Shown: positions 35,609-45,675, counted from the stretch's first letter. The stretch is DNA of 64,000 bases from Vicinamibacteria bacterium (GCA_035457705.1 DATIBD010000019.1:21671-85670), one strand, 5' to 3'. Translations and numbers: made by a program. The notes: generated by a model not told the origin, from the letters alone.

Positions 35609-36676
35609 TCAACGGTTCCGCGAAGACACCAGACAGCACCGCGCCAGGCGCAGAAGAGCCGGGACTCGATCGAGCCACCGAGGGCGCAGGGAGTATACGA
35701 GCGCCAAACGCAGGTAACTGGATGTCTGGTAGAAACCGAGCCTCTCGCGGAACCCTGGCTCGCCCGAACGGCCCAAGCCCGCGAGAAATGCTTCGCTGGC
35801 GCCTTCGGCGGCTCGGCCGTCGAAATCCTTTTGAAGCGCGCGCAGATGAAGGTGAGCGATCAAATTCGCCGGATCCAAAGCGACATCGGCGCGGCAAAGC
35901 AAATCGCAGTCCAGAATCGCCAGCCCGCTCCGGGTAATGAGGAGTTGTCGGTCGTGGAGATCCCGATGCGTCATCCCCACCCGACACGAGGTCGGATCGG
36001 GCCGCTTCCGCTCCAGATCGGCTCGCAATTGACTCCATTCTTCGGGGAGGCCGCCCGAGGCCTCGTGGACCTTGGCTGCCCACCGATCGAGCACCGCGAT
36101 CTCTTCCTCGGGACCGAATGGCTCGAGGCGCTCGACCGCACCGTGATCCTGGAGCTTCCGAAGCGCCGCGCCGAGGCGGGCAAACACGTCCGGGCAGGCC
36201 GTGGGGGACGTCAAGGATTCGCCGCGAATATGCTCGAAGACCAAGGATTCGGTCTCACGACGATGACGAATCAGACGCGGAACGACGAAACCGGACCCGC
36301 GAGTCTCCTCCATGCAGGAGTAGCGATCGGCCGCGAGCCTCGAGCGGCCCTTCCGATAGCCCTTCTCGACAACTCGATGACCTTCCTGGTCGTGCTCGAT
36401 CACGATCCTGCGGTCGGGACGGTAGCTCAGAACCCGAGCGTCGCCGGGTAGCCTTCGCGCTAGAGGCAGCGAGCGGTCGTGCTCCGGAAGGAGCTCGCGC
36501 GATTGACGGGAATCCCACCGGAACCAGCGTTGCCCCCCCGGCACATCGGCGGTCAGATCCAACCAGCCTTTCCGGCCGACCTCGACGCGCCGGATCGACC
36601 CGCTCCGTATCTTCTCCCTCGAGCCCGACTCCAGCCGTTCGAGCGCTCGTCCCATCGGGCTGGCGTTCATGCTCAT
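35609..36676 (-). CDS. APH/choline-kinase-like phosphotransferase (small-molecule or sugar kinase fold)
   Basis: Catalytic loop HRDLHDRQLL and metal-binding ILDCDLL. ATGA overlap with the upstream gene. Confidence 0.62.
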   Translation of the reverse strand: MSMNASPMGRALERLESGSREKIRSGSIRRVEVGRKGWLDLTADVPGGQRWFRWDSRQSRELLPEHDRSLPLARRLPGDARVLSYRPDRRIVIEHDQEGHRVVEKGYRKGRSRLAADRYSCMEETRGSGFVVPRLIRHRRETESLVFEHIRGESLTSPTACPDVFARLGAALRKLQDHGAVERLEPFGPEEEIAVLDRWAAKVHEASGGLPEEWSQLRADLERKRPDPTSCRVGMTHRDLHDRQLLITRSGLAILDCDLLCRADVALDPANLIAHLHLRALQKDFDGRAAEGASEAFLAGLGRSGEPGFRERLGFYQTSSYLRLALVYSLRPRWLDRVPALLRLARCCLVSSRNR

Positions 36677-38091
36677 GCTCTCGCTCGCGTCCTCGGCACG
36701 GAGCTCACCCCGAATCTCGAGGACCGGTGAAGCAGCGTCGTTCGTGCCCGGGCGAGAAGTCTCTCCATGTGTTCTCGCCAGCTCGACTCCCGGCTGCGAA
36801 AAGGGTCGGGCGTAAGACGGAGCAACGCTGCGGCGGTGTGGACGTCGACGACCTCATCCCTCACCGGCATGCCGCTTTCCCGATAGCCCTCGAGCAGAGC
36901 GCATCGGTAAGTGTCGACGCGGTCGCTCGATCCGTACCCACGGACGGAATCTCGCTCCAAATGGGCGATGAAATTTCCGACGTCGGCCAACGGGTCGCCG
37001 AAAGCCATGGAATCGAGATCGATGACCGCCACCGACTTTTCCTGGAGGAGAACCTGCTTTGCGTAGAAGTCTCCGTGAATCGTTCCCATGACTATCGGTA
37101 TCTCGCTCAGCGCCGACTCGACTTGTCCGAGAAGCTTGCTGGCGCCGTCCTCGAGTCCGGGCGCCAAGAACCCTATGGCCTCCGCCACCGCCCGCAGACC
37201 TTTGACCGCGTCTTTAGAGCCGCGTTCAGAGAGCCCCACGGGGCTCGACCGGTGGAGCTCGGCGAGCGCCCACCCGACTCGCTTCAGCTCTCGAGCGTCG
37301 AAACCTGAGGCTCGAAGGGCGTCGCCGAGCACGCGTCCTTCCAACCACTCGAGCACAACGAACCGGTGGCGCTCGGATCGTCCCAGGGGCCTTGACAGCC
37401 GCAGGGGCCCATTTGCAACAGGCAACCTGTGCGCTCGACCGATTCGCGTGAAGCCGGAGCGGGAGTACTGCCTGACCACCGCCATATCGCCATTTGGTAC
37501 GCGGAGCTGCCCGACGAAGCGTCGGTCCGGCTTATACGCCAGGGGCCGTAGCTCTGCGCTCCAAAGGTCGGGATGTGCTGGCAAAGCCTTGCGCAGCAAG
37601 CGAGCGCGGGTCGTCGCCTCTCCGAGTCGCCTCAAGCTCCGGATCTGGTTGTCGTTGGGGTACAAACAGACGACGGTCAGAAGCTCTGCCCAGAGGAGCT
37701 TACCCGGGCCGAGTCCCGTTGGGGCCTGTGCTCGAGCCATTGCCTTCGAGACTTTGTGGGCGTCGGCGGGGCGATACGCCTTTGCATATACGTCTTGCCA
37801 CTCGCCGGAGGCGAGCACCCGGTGAGCCGCCAGACAATTGGTCCCGGGTTTGTAGCGGACGTAGCGACATTCCGCTTTCTGGATATCGAGGCCGGGAAGT
37901 TCATTCGCCAGACGCTGGGCAAAAGCTTCGGCGTCGAGCACGGTAGCCAACCCCGGGAGACCCGGGTCCCGCCCGACGAGGTCCCTTTCATTACGACAAA
38001 GCAGAGTCAGCCTCCTCGCTCCGCCAGAGCTCCTTCGGCGCCGACCGTCGCTCGGAGCTTTGCGCCACGACGCCGCAATTCCTCTTCCCAC
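36673..38091 (-). CDS. APH-like phosphotransferase family protein (second copy, longer)
   Basis: IHGDFYAKQVLL catalytic loop and VIDLDSMAFGDPLADVG. N-terminal YVRYKPGTNCL nucleotide-lobe-like segment. The real start is probably downstream of 38091 (TTG/GTG candidates near 37950-38000). Confidence 0.62.
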   Translation of the reverse strand: MGRGIAASWRKAPSDGRRRRSSGGARRLTLLCRNERDLVGRDPGLPGLATVLDAEAFAQRLANELPGLDIQKAECRYVRYKPGTNCLAAHRVLASGEWQDVYAKAYRPADAHKVSKAMARAQAPTGLGPGKLLWAELLTVVCLYPNDNQIRSLRRLGEATTRARLLRKALPAHPDLWSAELRPLAYKPDRRFVGQLRVPNGDMAVVRQYSRSGFTRIGRAHRLPVANGPLRLSRPLGRSERHRFVVLEWLEGRVLGDALRASGFDARELKRVGWALAELHRSSPVGLSERGSKDAVKGLRAVAEAIGFLAPGLEDGASKLLGQVESALSEIPIVMGTIHGDFYAKQVLLQEKSVAVIDLDSMAFGDPLADVGNFIAHLERDSVRGYGSSDRVDTYRCALLEGYRESGMPVRDEVVDVHTAAALLRLTPDPFRSRESSWREHMERLLARARTTLLHRSSRFGVSSVPRTRARA

Positions 38092-39035
38092 CAGGCGTAA
38101 GAACGGAGGGCGACCCGTGCGATCGATGAAGAGATCCCCGGGAAGGCTCTCGGGTAACCCAATTCCCCGAGGAGATCGCCGGCGAGCGCCTCGAAGAGCT
38201 CGATCGATCGTTCGTCCATCTGAGTCCGCCAGTCACGAAGTCCGGGCGTCGGTGAACGCCAGGCCCTCTTCGCCGACAAGGAGGGATCCAACCGCTCCTT
38301 TCCAGCGTTGAACGAAAGCATCTCTTTGGCGTCCACCAGGCCCAGAAAGTCCGCTACCTCGTGGATGGTCGCGGCCGGGTCCCTCACGAGTCGCTCGTAG
38401 CTCACCTCGAGGTAGCTACCGGTGCGAAGCTTCGCCCCACCACGTCGCCCGGAGCCCACCTGCCATCGCCACCACAGGGCGCAAACCGCCACGGGCTCCT
38501 CTCGCCAGAGGTCGAACCGAGCAGGCCCCTTCGTCTCGCGCGCCCATTCGAGGGTCGAGAGCGCGACATCCCGTCCGTCCCGAACGATGTGAACGCTCTG
38601 CACGTCGGGGAAGAGCTCGTGCAAGAGAGGTAGGCATCGTACGTAGTCGGGAGTCTTCTCTCCTCCAAGCTCCTTGCCTCGAGCCGCCGCGAACTCACGG
38701 TAGAGATGGCTGACGAAATCCGCGTAGCTCGCGGATCGCCGCGCGGCCCGGTTCACGCAAGCCTCATCGAGCCCCAGCCGCGCGAAGCGGTGGTAGCTCC
38801 TAGCCCAGCGCACGAGTGCGTCGTGTTGAGTCAACCAGCGGGCCCGCGCCGGCTCGAGCCAGACCGCCGGTGTTACCGCCTGGACGGCGCGAGGAATGAA
38901 ATGAGTGTCGTTGGCGACGGCAAGGCGCGGGTGAGCGTCGAGCATGCGCTGGAGCAGGGTCGTTCCCGAACGCGGGCAGCCAACCACGAAGACGTACGGC
39001 GAGCGGGTGATGCGACGTGGCGACGTCTCAGACAT
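38007..39035 (-). CDS. PAPS-dependent sulfotransferase
   Basis: ATG 39035 (MSETSPRR...) overlaps the ABC gene stop (ATGTCTGA). 5'-PSB loop VVGCPRSGTTLL and 3'-PB motif IVRDGRDVALS. Confidence 0.8.
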   Translation of the reverse strand: MSETSPRRITRSPYVFVVGCPRSGTTLLQRMLDAHPRLAVANDTHFIPRAVQAVTPAVWLEPARARWLTQHDALVRWARSYHRFARLGLDEACVNRAARRSASYADFVSHLYREFAAARGKELGGEKTPDYVRCLPLLHELFPDVQSVHIVRDGRDVALSTLEWARETKGPARFDLWREEPVAVCALWWRWQVGSGRRGGAKLRTGSYLEVSYERLVRDPAATIHEVADFLGLVDAKEMLSFNAGKERLDPSLSAKRAWRSPTPGLRDWRTQMDERSIELFEALAGDLLGELGYPRAFPGISSSIARVALRSYAWWEEELRRRGAKLRATVGAEGALAERGG

Positions 39036-40902
39036 TGGAGACCGCCTCCTCCTGCGTGTCCCCGGAACGGAGACGACAAAGCGACGCGTAACGCCCACCT
39101 CGTGCGACGAGCTCTTCGTGGGTCCCTTTTTCGGCGACCTGTCCATCGTCAAGGTAGAGGATTACGTCCGCGTGCATGCTCAGCCGCAGGTCGTGAGCGA
39201 TGATCAATACGGTTCGACCGATCGCCAAACGCTCGAGGGCTTCCAAGACGGACCGGCGATTCTCATCGTCGAGACCGGTCGTCGGCTCGTCGAGAACCAG
39301 GATTGGAGATTTTCGAACGGCGGCTCTCGCGATCGCGATCCGCTGGCGCTGACCGCCGGAGAGGTTTACGCCTCTTTCTCCTACGATCGCCTCGTAGCCG
39401 CCGGGCAGATTCGAGGCGAATTCGTGAACATTGGCCAACCGGGCCGCTGCCTCGATCTCCTCCCAGGAGCAGCCCGGCGCTCCGTAGGCGATGTTGTCGC
39501 CGAGGCTCGCGGCAAAAAGAATGGAATCCTGAAGGACCACGGAGATCTGGGATCTCAAGGACCCGATGCGGAACTCGCGAATGTCGCGACCGTCGATGAG
39601 CACCCGTCCGAACGTTGGATCGTAGAAACGCAGCAACAAGTTGACTACGGTCGACTTGCCGATGCCTGACGGTCCGACGAGCGCCACGCGTTGGCCCGGC
39701 TCGATCGCGAAGGACATTCGACGCAGCACTTGAGGAGACGGACCGTAGGTGAACCCGACGTCCTCGAAACGCACGCTGCCGGCGAAGCGGGGCGCCGCGA
39801 TGGCCCCGGGAAGATCCCGGACCTCGGGCTCGCGATCGAGAAGCTCGAAGACCCGCTCGCCCGCCGCACAGGCCTTCGCGACCCGCCCCGTATACTTGGC
39901 AAAGTCCTGCGCCGGATTGAACGCCCGGCGAAGATAGGTGAGAAAAACCAGGAGCTCACCAGGGCTCAGCCCAGAGGTGAGCACAAGTCGGGTACCGTAA
40001 AGGAGAACTGCTGCGGTGGCGATTGCCAGCACGAGATCGACCGAGCGGCCCAGGCTCGCGGTCAACTTCGCGCCCCTGACGTCATACTTCTCTCCCATCA
40101 AGTTGCTCGATTCGAAAGCCTCCAGGAACATTCCCTCCAAAGAGAAAGCTTGGACGTTCTTGATCGCGCCGACCGATTCGGAGGCGGTCGCTGCCAGCTT
40201 CCCTTGACGCTTTCGCTGCTTGCTGCCGGCCTCCCGAATCTTGCCGGCCAGGCTCCGGGTTCGTAACCAGATGAGTGGGACGATGGCGGTCGCGAGCAAA
40301 GCGAGCTTCCACTGCATCCAGAACATGGCGACCCACATCCCGATCAGAAGCAGCGAGCTCGCAAAAAGCGGCAGGATGGCCGTGACCGCTGCATCGCGCA
40401 ACAAGTTGACGTCCTGGATGACGCGCAAGATCAGATCGCCGCTCCGGGCGGAAGAGTGAAAGGAAAGGGACAGGCCCTGAAGGTGCCGGAAGACGTCCGC
40501 ACGAACCTGCGCCAGAACGCGGTTGCCGATCTTTGCGAAATTGACCTGGTTGACGTACTGAGCGAGAGCGCGAAGCCCACTGATCGCAACCACCGCGGCC
40601 GCCGAAAACACGACCAGCAGCATCGGATCGACGCCCGTCGGATCAGGGAGGATTGACGTCGGAGTGCGATCATTCCGCTTCAGGATCACCTCGTCGAAGA
40701 TAAATTTGAGCGGCCACGGCTCGAGGAGCCGCAGGAGGGTGTGAGTGACGAGTGCGGCGAGCGAGGTGGAGAGGAGAAAGCGCTCCCGCAAGCAGTAGGG
40801 CCACAAGCGCGTCAGAACACGACGTTGGGATCGCGGTTTTGTGTCGGAGGCGATACCGCGGTCGGACCGAGGGTCTTTGGTCTCGAATGAGCTTTGCCTC
40901 AA
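39028..40902 (-). CDS. ABC exporter, fused TMD-NBD (MsbA/NdvA-like)
   Basis: Six-helix TMD, then Walker A GPSGIGKST, signature LSGGQRQR, Walker B ILVLDEPT. TTG start overlapping the upstream stop. Confidence 0.92.
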   Translation of the reverse strand: MRQSSFETKDPRSDRGIASDTKPRSQRRVLTRLWPYCLRERFLLSTSLAALVTHTLLRLLEPWPLKFIFDEVILKRNDRTPTSILPDPTGVDPMLLVVFSAAAVVAISGLRALAQYVNQVNFAKIGNRVLAQVRADVFRHLQGLSLSFHSSARSGDLILRVIQDVNLLRDAAVTAILPLFASSLLLIGMWVAMFWMQWKLALLATAIVPLIWLRTRSLAGKIREAGSKQRKRQGKLAATASESVGAIKNVQAFSLEGMFLEAFESSNLMGEKYDVRGAKLTASLGRSVDLVLAIATAAVLLYGTRLVLTSGLSPGELLVFLTYLRRAFNPAQDFAKYTGRVAKACAAGERVFELLDREPEVRDLPGAIAAPRFAGSVRFEDVGFTYGPSPQVLRRMSFAIEPGQRVALVGPSGIGKSTVVNLLLRFYDPTFGRVLIDGRDIREFRIGSLRSQISVVLQDSILFAASLGDNIAYGAPGCSWEEIEAAARLANVHEFASNLPGGYEAIVGERGVNLSGGQRQRIAIARAAVRKSPILVLDEPTTGLDDENRRSVLEALERLAIGRTVLIIAHDLRLSMHADVILYLDDGQVAEKGTHEELVARGGRYASLCRLRSGDTQEEAVSNV

Positions 40903-42032
40903 GACTTGTCCTCCCTGGCGAGGCGGAGCGTGAAGTCGGCGATGCGCCTCCAGGAAAGCTCGCCGGTGCGGGCCAGGGCCGCCCGGGCGAGGCTTTGTCG
41001 CCGCTCGGGGCTATGGATCAGCCCCTCCACGATGTCCGCGATCTCGTTCGGCTTGCTGGCGCGATAGATTTCTCCTCCGGATCCCACGATCCGTGGAAGA
41101 TCGCCGACGTCGGGGACGATGGGTACCACGCCACAGGCCATTGCCTCCGCGAGCTTGAGAGGAGAGAAGTAGCAGGGAGCCGCCTCGTCGTAGGTCAAGG
41201 GAAGAACGTCGAAGGCGGCGACATATTTAGGAATCTCGGAGTGCGGTTTCCAGCCCACCAGAGTGCGACGCTCCACGGGAACATAGCCGTCGAGCTCGGC
41301 GGCGAAATCACCCTCGCCCACGGTCACGACGTGAATGGGGGCGTCCCTTCGCAAAAGCTCGTGATATACCGCGGCGAGGCGCTCGAAACAGTGCCACGGC
41401 CGCAAACGGCCATGAAATCCGAGGGCGAAACGTCCTTCGGGAACGAGCGAGGCGCGCAGGCGATCGTTGACGCCGCGCGGTCTAAAGAACCGTTGATCCA
41501 CGCCGTTTGGAAAGATGTGGATGGTATCGGGTCGGGCCCCTCGAGCCGAGGCGTACTCCGTGAGCTCGCTCGAAACGACGATCACCGCGGTCGCGGAACG
41601 GAAAAGAACGCCATCTCGGTCTCGTTCGGCTTTTGTTTCTGCTCTTCCCCGCCACCGCAGCGATTCCTGCGCCAACGGGGCATTGACCTCGAGCACGAGG
41701 GGGATGCCCCACTCCACGGCAACCTCGGCGGCCTCCGATCGGCCGAGCGCGTACCGCTCAAAGACCATTGAGACGGAGTTTTCCTTCAAGACCCCGCGGA
41801 GTCGTGATTGGAGTCGCGCGGGGTCGCTCTCGTCGAGAGCCACCACATCGGCACCGAGCTCGACGAAAGCGCTCCGCATAGCCGCAAGGTGAACCGCGGC
41901 TCCCTTCCTCCGATCCGGGGTCACTCCCGGATCCTGATTCACGAAAGCAACCCGCACGTCGCCTCCGAGCCCTGCATCGCCTGCTCGAAGCATGAACGTA
42001 GCGATGCAGCGGTCGTGCGAAGATCGAAGCAT
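40899..42032 (-). CDS. GT4-family glycosyltransferase
   Basis: GT-B C-terminal pattern (YVAAFDVLPLTY...PLKLAEAMACGVPIV-like). The likely true start is GTG 41957 (VRVAFVNQDPG...), giving a 19-nt overlap with the upstream gene. Confidence 0.78.
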   Translation of the reverse strand: MLRSSHDRCIATFMLRAGDAGLGGDVRVAFVNQDPGVTPDRRKGAAVHLAAMRSAFVELGADVVALDESDPARLQSRLRGVLKENSVSMVFERYALGRSEAAEVAVEWGIPLVLEVNAPLAQESLRWRGRAETKAERDRDGVLFRSATAVIVVSSELTEYASARGARPDTIHIFPNGVDQRFFRPRGVNDRLRASLVPEGRFALGFHGRLRPWHCFERLAAVYHELLRRDAPIHVVTVGEGDFAAELDGYVPVERRTLVGWKPHSEIPKYVAAFDVLPLTYDEAAPCYFSPLKLAEAMACGVVPIVPDVGDLPRIVGSGGEIYRASKPNEIADIVEGLIHSPERRQSLARAALARTGELSWRRIADFTLRLAREDKS

Positions 42033-43210
42033 TCCGTAACTCGGCGTCTTCCTTCCCGGGCCAGCTCACGGCGCTTCGGCGCGTTGGCCAACAAGTCTTC
42101 CAGCGCGACCGCCACGGCCGCGGCGTCGTTCTCCGGCACCAGAACGCCTGCTCGTCCACCATCGAGGATCTCGGGAATTCCCGAGATGGGAGTGGAAATG
42201 ACCGGAAGGCCGCTTGCCAGAGCTTCCAGCACCACGGTCGGCAGCGCATCGCGATTCCCGTCGGCGGCAACGATGCAAGGCAAGCAGAAAACCGTGGCCC
42301 GAGCCATCAAGGTGCGGATCTCCTGTTGTTCGACCGCGCCGGTGAGACGCACGAGCTCTCCGAGGCCGTTGTCGGCGATTTGGCGCTCGAGCGCGCTCCG
42401 CATCTCTCCCTCTCCCACGAGGGTCGCGGTCACTTTTAAGCCCCGGCGCCGTAGCAGCGCCAGCGCCTCGAGCAGCAGATGATGGCCTTTCTTCTCGACG
42501 AGGCGACCTACCGAGAGTACGTGTCGGGAATCCCGTTGGAGAGGATCCTCGGGAGCGTCCGCGAAGTCGGCAAGCGCAATCCCGTTGTAGAGCCGCCGCA
42601 CGCGTGAGGTGGCTCGTGGGTCGAGCCAGCTCTCCAAATACTTCACATTTGCGTCACATACGGTGACCACGAACTCGGCTCCGACGAAGATGCTCTCGAG
42701 CCATTGCGGCTTCACACTCGCTCGATAGATGTCCTTGGCATGCGCCGTGACGCTGTACGTGGGCCCGCCCAGCGCGCGGAGCAGCGCCGCGACCATCGCG
42801 GAATCCGAAGCGAAATGGACGTGAAGGTGACGGATTCCGAGAGATTGGGTTCGGTGGAGCAGATAGATGGCTTCGCTCAGCAAACTGGCGAAGCGAGGAG
42901 GCGCTCCCCCGGGTCGTCTCCTGATATCCCGGCTCAGTTGTTGAACGCGCCGGAGACGATCGGTCGATCCTGCGAACAGCGGCTCCCAGAAGTCGAGCTC
43001 GCGGATATAGGGAAGGGTCTCGACCGGCGCCTTCAACTGGTTCAATATCCGGTGCCGGGGCTCCGCATCCGGCTCGTGCCGGGAGAAGATGTAGACGGAA
43101 ACGCCCTTGTTCTCCTGCTCCAGGATCTCGTTCAGGATGAACGTCTCCGAAAGACGGGGAAACTTCTTGAGCAGGTAACCGACTCGTAACGCGTTCAGTT
43201 TCGAGTGCAC
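41939..43210 (-). CDS. GT4-family glycosyltransferase (WcaL-like N-terminus)
   Basis: GTG 43210 is chosen, because the longer ORF overlaps the upstream gene by ~450 nt. N-terminus LRVGYLLKKFPRLSETFILNEI. C-terminal PTVVLEALASGLPVISTPISGIPEIL. Confidence 0.78.
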   Translation of the reverse strand: MHSKLNALRVGYLLKKFPRLSETFILNEILEQENKGVSVYIFSRHEPDAEPRHRILNQLKAPVETLPYIRELDFWEPLFAGSTDRLRRVQQLSRDIRRRPGGAPPRFASLLSEAIYLLHRTQSLGIRHLHVHFASDSAMVAALLRALGGPTYSVTAHAKDIYRASVKPQWLESIFVGAEFVVTVCDANVKYLESWLDPRATSRVRRLYNGIALADFADAPEDPLQRDSRHVLSVGRLVEKKGHHLLLEALALLRRRGLKVTATLVGEGEMRSALERQIADNGLGELVRLTGAVEQQEIRTLMARATVFCLPCIVAADGNRDALPTVVLEALASGLPVISTPISGIPEILDGGRAGVLVPENDAAAVAVALEDLLANAPKRRELAREGRRRVTECFDLRTTAASLRSCFEQAMQGSEATCGLLS

Positions 43211-44403
43211 GCCAAGGCCGCCAGACTGTTGGGAAACGACAGGAGTTCGGCGGCGATTCTCGAGAGATTCCGCAGCCCGTCCATGCTGGGATAGCTCGAA
43301 CGAGGGGGCGGTGCCGCAAGGACTTCTTCGACCGCTCGGCGCAGTGCCAGAGGCTCCCGCTCGACGAGCAAGCGAGCCAAGCCCAGTCGTGAGAGACGAT
43401 CCGCTCGTATCAGCTGCTCGGTTCGTGGAAAAACGCGAGGCAGCAGAACCGAAGGACAGGCGCTTTGGAGAATCTCCACCGTCGTGTTGTAGCCGGACAT
43501 GCTGACCACGGCGCTGGCGCGCGATAGCATCCCCGGTACGTCGGGGTGGAATCGATGCACTTTCACCGAGCCCAAGGTTCGCGCAAGCAGGCGAATCCGC
43601 TTGTAATCGGCAGTCGGAATCAGGGGGCCGGTGATGACGTCCGTTTTCCACTCTCCCGGTGTCGCGGAGAGTCCGTCGAGGTACGCCAGGATTCGGCTGC
43701 TTCCGTCCTCACCCCCGCCGACGGTAACCAGCACGTGTGGCTGCTCGAACCGCATCCGAGTGATGGGTTTCGCCGGGCGAGCCACGTAACCCGTGAACTC
43801 GACCCGATGCGATATCTCCTTCAAGGGCCGGTATTCCACCCGGGGATCGAAAATCTCGGGGTCTCCGTAGACACAGACCTGGTCGTAGCCCTCGGTCAGT
43901 GCCCAGCGATGCTCCGATGAGCTCCATTCGCGGTCGACGACTGCAGGATCGTCGACGATATCTCGCAGCCCAAGGATGGTTCGGACTCCTGTGTCTCTTG
44001 CTTCCCGCAGCAACGGAAGGACCTCACCGTTGAGCCCGATCACCTGGTGGTCCACGATTACGAGCGTCGGGTGATAGGCCCGAAAGGATTCCAGAATGAG
44101 CCGAGTTCTCAGCTGCATCAGGTCGGGATAATCGACTCCCAGGGTCCGGACGTCGTAGGCGCCCTGGCTCGTTTTCGTCACCGACGGCAGCTTCACGACT
44201 TCGACCCTTTCGCGGCAACGGAACTGGGTCGCGGAAGGCGAGCCGCTCACGATCAACGCGCTTGCTCTGCGGAAGCTCCGGGTCAGACCCGCGGCGATGT
44301 TCAACGTGCGCCGCAGGTGGCCAAGTCCCCAGGAATCGTGGCTGTAGAGGAGGATGCGCACCGGACTATCGCGCAGAATCATGAGATCCGGATTCGTGTG
44401 CAA
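43195..44403 (-). CDS. GT-B glycosyltransferase (MurG/GT28 C-terminal-like)
   Basis: ILLYSHDSWGLGHLRR and SMSGYNTTVEIL motifs. Start assigned to TTG 44403, which has AAGGAGG 8 nt upstream. The longest ORF extends to 44502. Confidence 0.68.
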   Translation of the reverse strand: MHTNPDLMILRDSPVRILLYSHDSWGLGHLRRTLNIAAGLTRSFRRASALIVSGSPSATQFRCRERVEVVKLPSVTKTSQGAYDVRTLGVDYPDLMQLRTRLILESFRAYHPTLVIVDHQVIGLNGEVLPLLREARDTGVRTILGLRDIVDDPAVVDREWSSSEHRWALTEGYDQVCVYGDPEIFDPRVEYRPLKEISHRVEFTGYVARPAKPITRMRFEQPHVLVTVGGGEDGSSRILAYLDGLSATPGEWKTDVITGPLIPTADYKRIRLLARTLGSVKVHRFHPDVPGMLSRASAVVSMSGYNTTVEILQSACPSVLLPRVFPRTEQLIRADRLSRLGLARLLVEREPLALRRAVEEVLAAPPPRSSYPSMDGLRNLSRIAAELLSFPNSLAALACTRN

Positions 44404-44757
44404 AGTCTCACCCTCCTTACGCGGCGGACGATCGGCAAACTGGCCTCTCGGCCTGACTTTTCGTACTTTTCGAAGAATGGATGGAGGACGGGTCAGCGCC
44501 AAGATCCAATCTGGCGTCGGAGGTGAAGAAGTCGTCGGAGGAAATCGCTTCGACGGCTGTCAGGGAGCTACGTGTCCCTGGGAAAACGAAATAGATACAG
44601 AGAAAACCTGAGGCGAAAAGGACTCGGATAAGGCCGCCCATGATGTTCCTATCACGGCGCGCTCCGATTCGAGTTTTGTTTTTCGACCGAGTGAGCGCCC
44701 AATCTAGCGCCCGGCTTTCCAATACGAAATGATCTTGATCACAAATGCGGAACGGCG

Positions 44758-45675
44758 CTAGCCCTCTCTCCGGGCCCAGGGTTCGAGGATCGCAAGGACC
44801 GCTTCCGAGGCTGGTACTGGAAGGCGGTGACGCCGAGCCAGTCGGACGACGGTGCCGTGCAAGGCCTCGAGCTCCATCGGCTTTCCGTGGGTAAGGTCAT
44901 AGTGGAGCGAGGAATACATGTCCGCCGGGAGGCTTCGGGTGAGCTCGACGATTCGTTGCGGCGTATCGCCGGGAAGGGGAACGCCTTCCTTTCGAGCGAG
45001 ATCGGTGACCTCACGACTGATGCGCTCGAACATGGAAAAGGCTTCGGGTGAGTCTCTAATCTCGCCGATGGGAAGCCGCACCGCGGCGGTCATCCCCGCC
45101 ACCGCGCAGATCATCGCGAACTTGCGCCAGAGCTCCTGGCGAATGTCCTCTGACAGCTCGGCGTCGATGCCGCTCGCCGTGCAAAGCTCGTGGAACGACA
45201 CGAGCCGTTCGCTTCGGGGAGCGTCGAGCTCGCCGAATATGAGTCGTGCGAGCTTGCCCACATGAGTGATCTCTCCCGGAGCGGATATCGTCGCCATGAT
45301 GTAAGCGATTCCACCGCACGCGTGCCCCGGCCCGACGATCGAAGCGATCTTCTCCTCGTTGTCGACGCCGTTTTGGAACGTGATGACCGCCGTCGATCGA
45401 TGGAGGAGCGGCGGGATCCGTCTCGCAGCCCGCTCGGTGTCGTTCGACTTGACGCAGAAGAGAACGACATCCACCGCGCCCACTTCTTCCGGCCGGTCGG
45501 TCGCGGGAAGAGCGACGTCGACATTTCCCGAGGCGCTCAGCACCAGGAGGCCACGAGAACGGAGCGCCTTCAAATGCTCGCCGCGGGCGATGAGATGAAC
45601 GTCGGCGCCACCGCGAGCGAGCCGCGCCCCGAAAAAGCCTCCGACCCCACCGGCTCCGAACACTGCGACTCTCAT
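44758..45675 (-). CDS. panE: 2-dehydropantoate 2-reductase family (ketopantoate reductase)
   Basis: N-terminal Rossmann MRVAVFGAGGVGGFFGARLARGG. The length and C-terminal helical domain are typical of ApbA/PanE. Confidence 0.82.
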   Translation of the reverse strand: MRVAVFGAGGVGGFFGARLARGGADVHLIARGEHLKALRSRGLLVLSASGNVDVALPATDRPEEVGAVDVVLFCVKSNDTERAARRIPPLLHRSTAVITFQNGVDNEEKIASIVGPGHACGGIAYIMATISAPGEITHVGKLARLIFGELDAPRSERLVSFHELCTASGIDAELSEDIRQELWRKFAMICAVAGMTAAVRLPIGEIRDSPEAFSMFERISREVTDLARKEGVPLPGDTPQRIVELTRSLPADMYSSLHYDLTHGKPMELEALHGTVVRLARRHRLPVPASEAVLAILEPWARREG

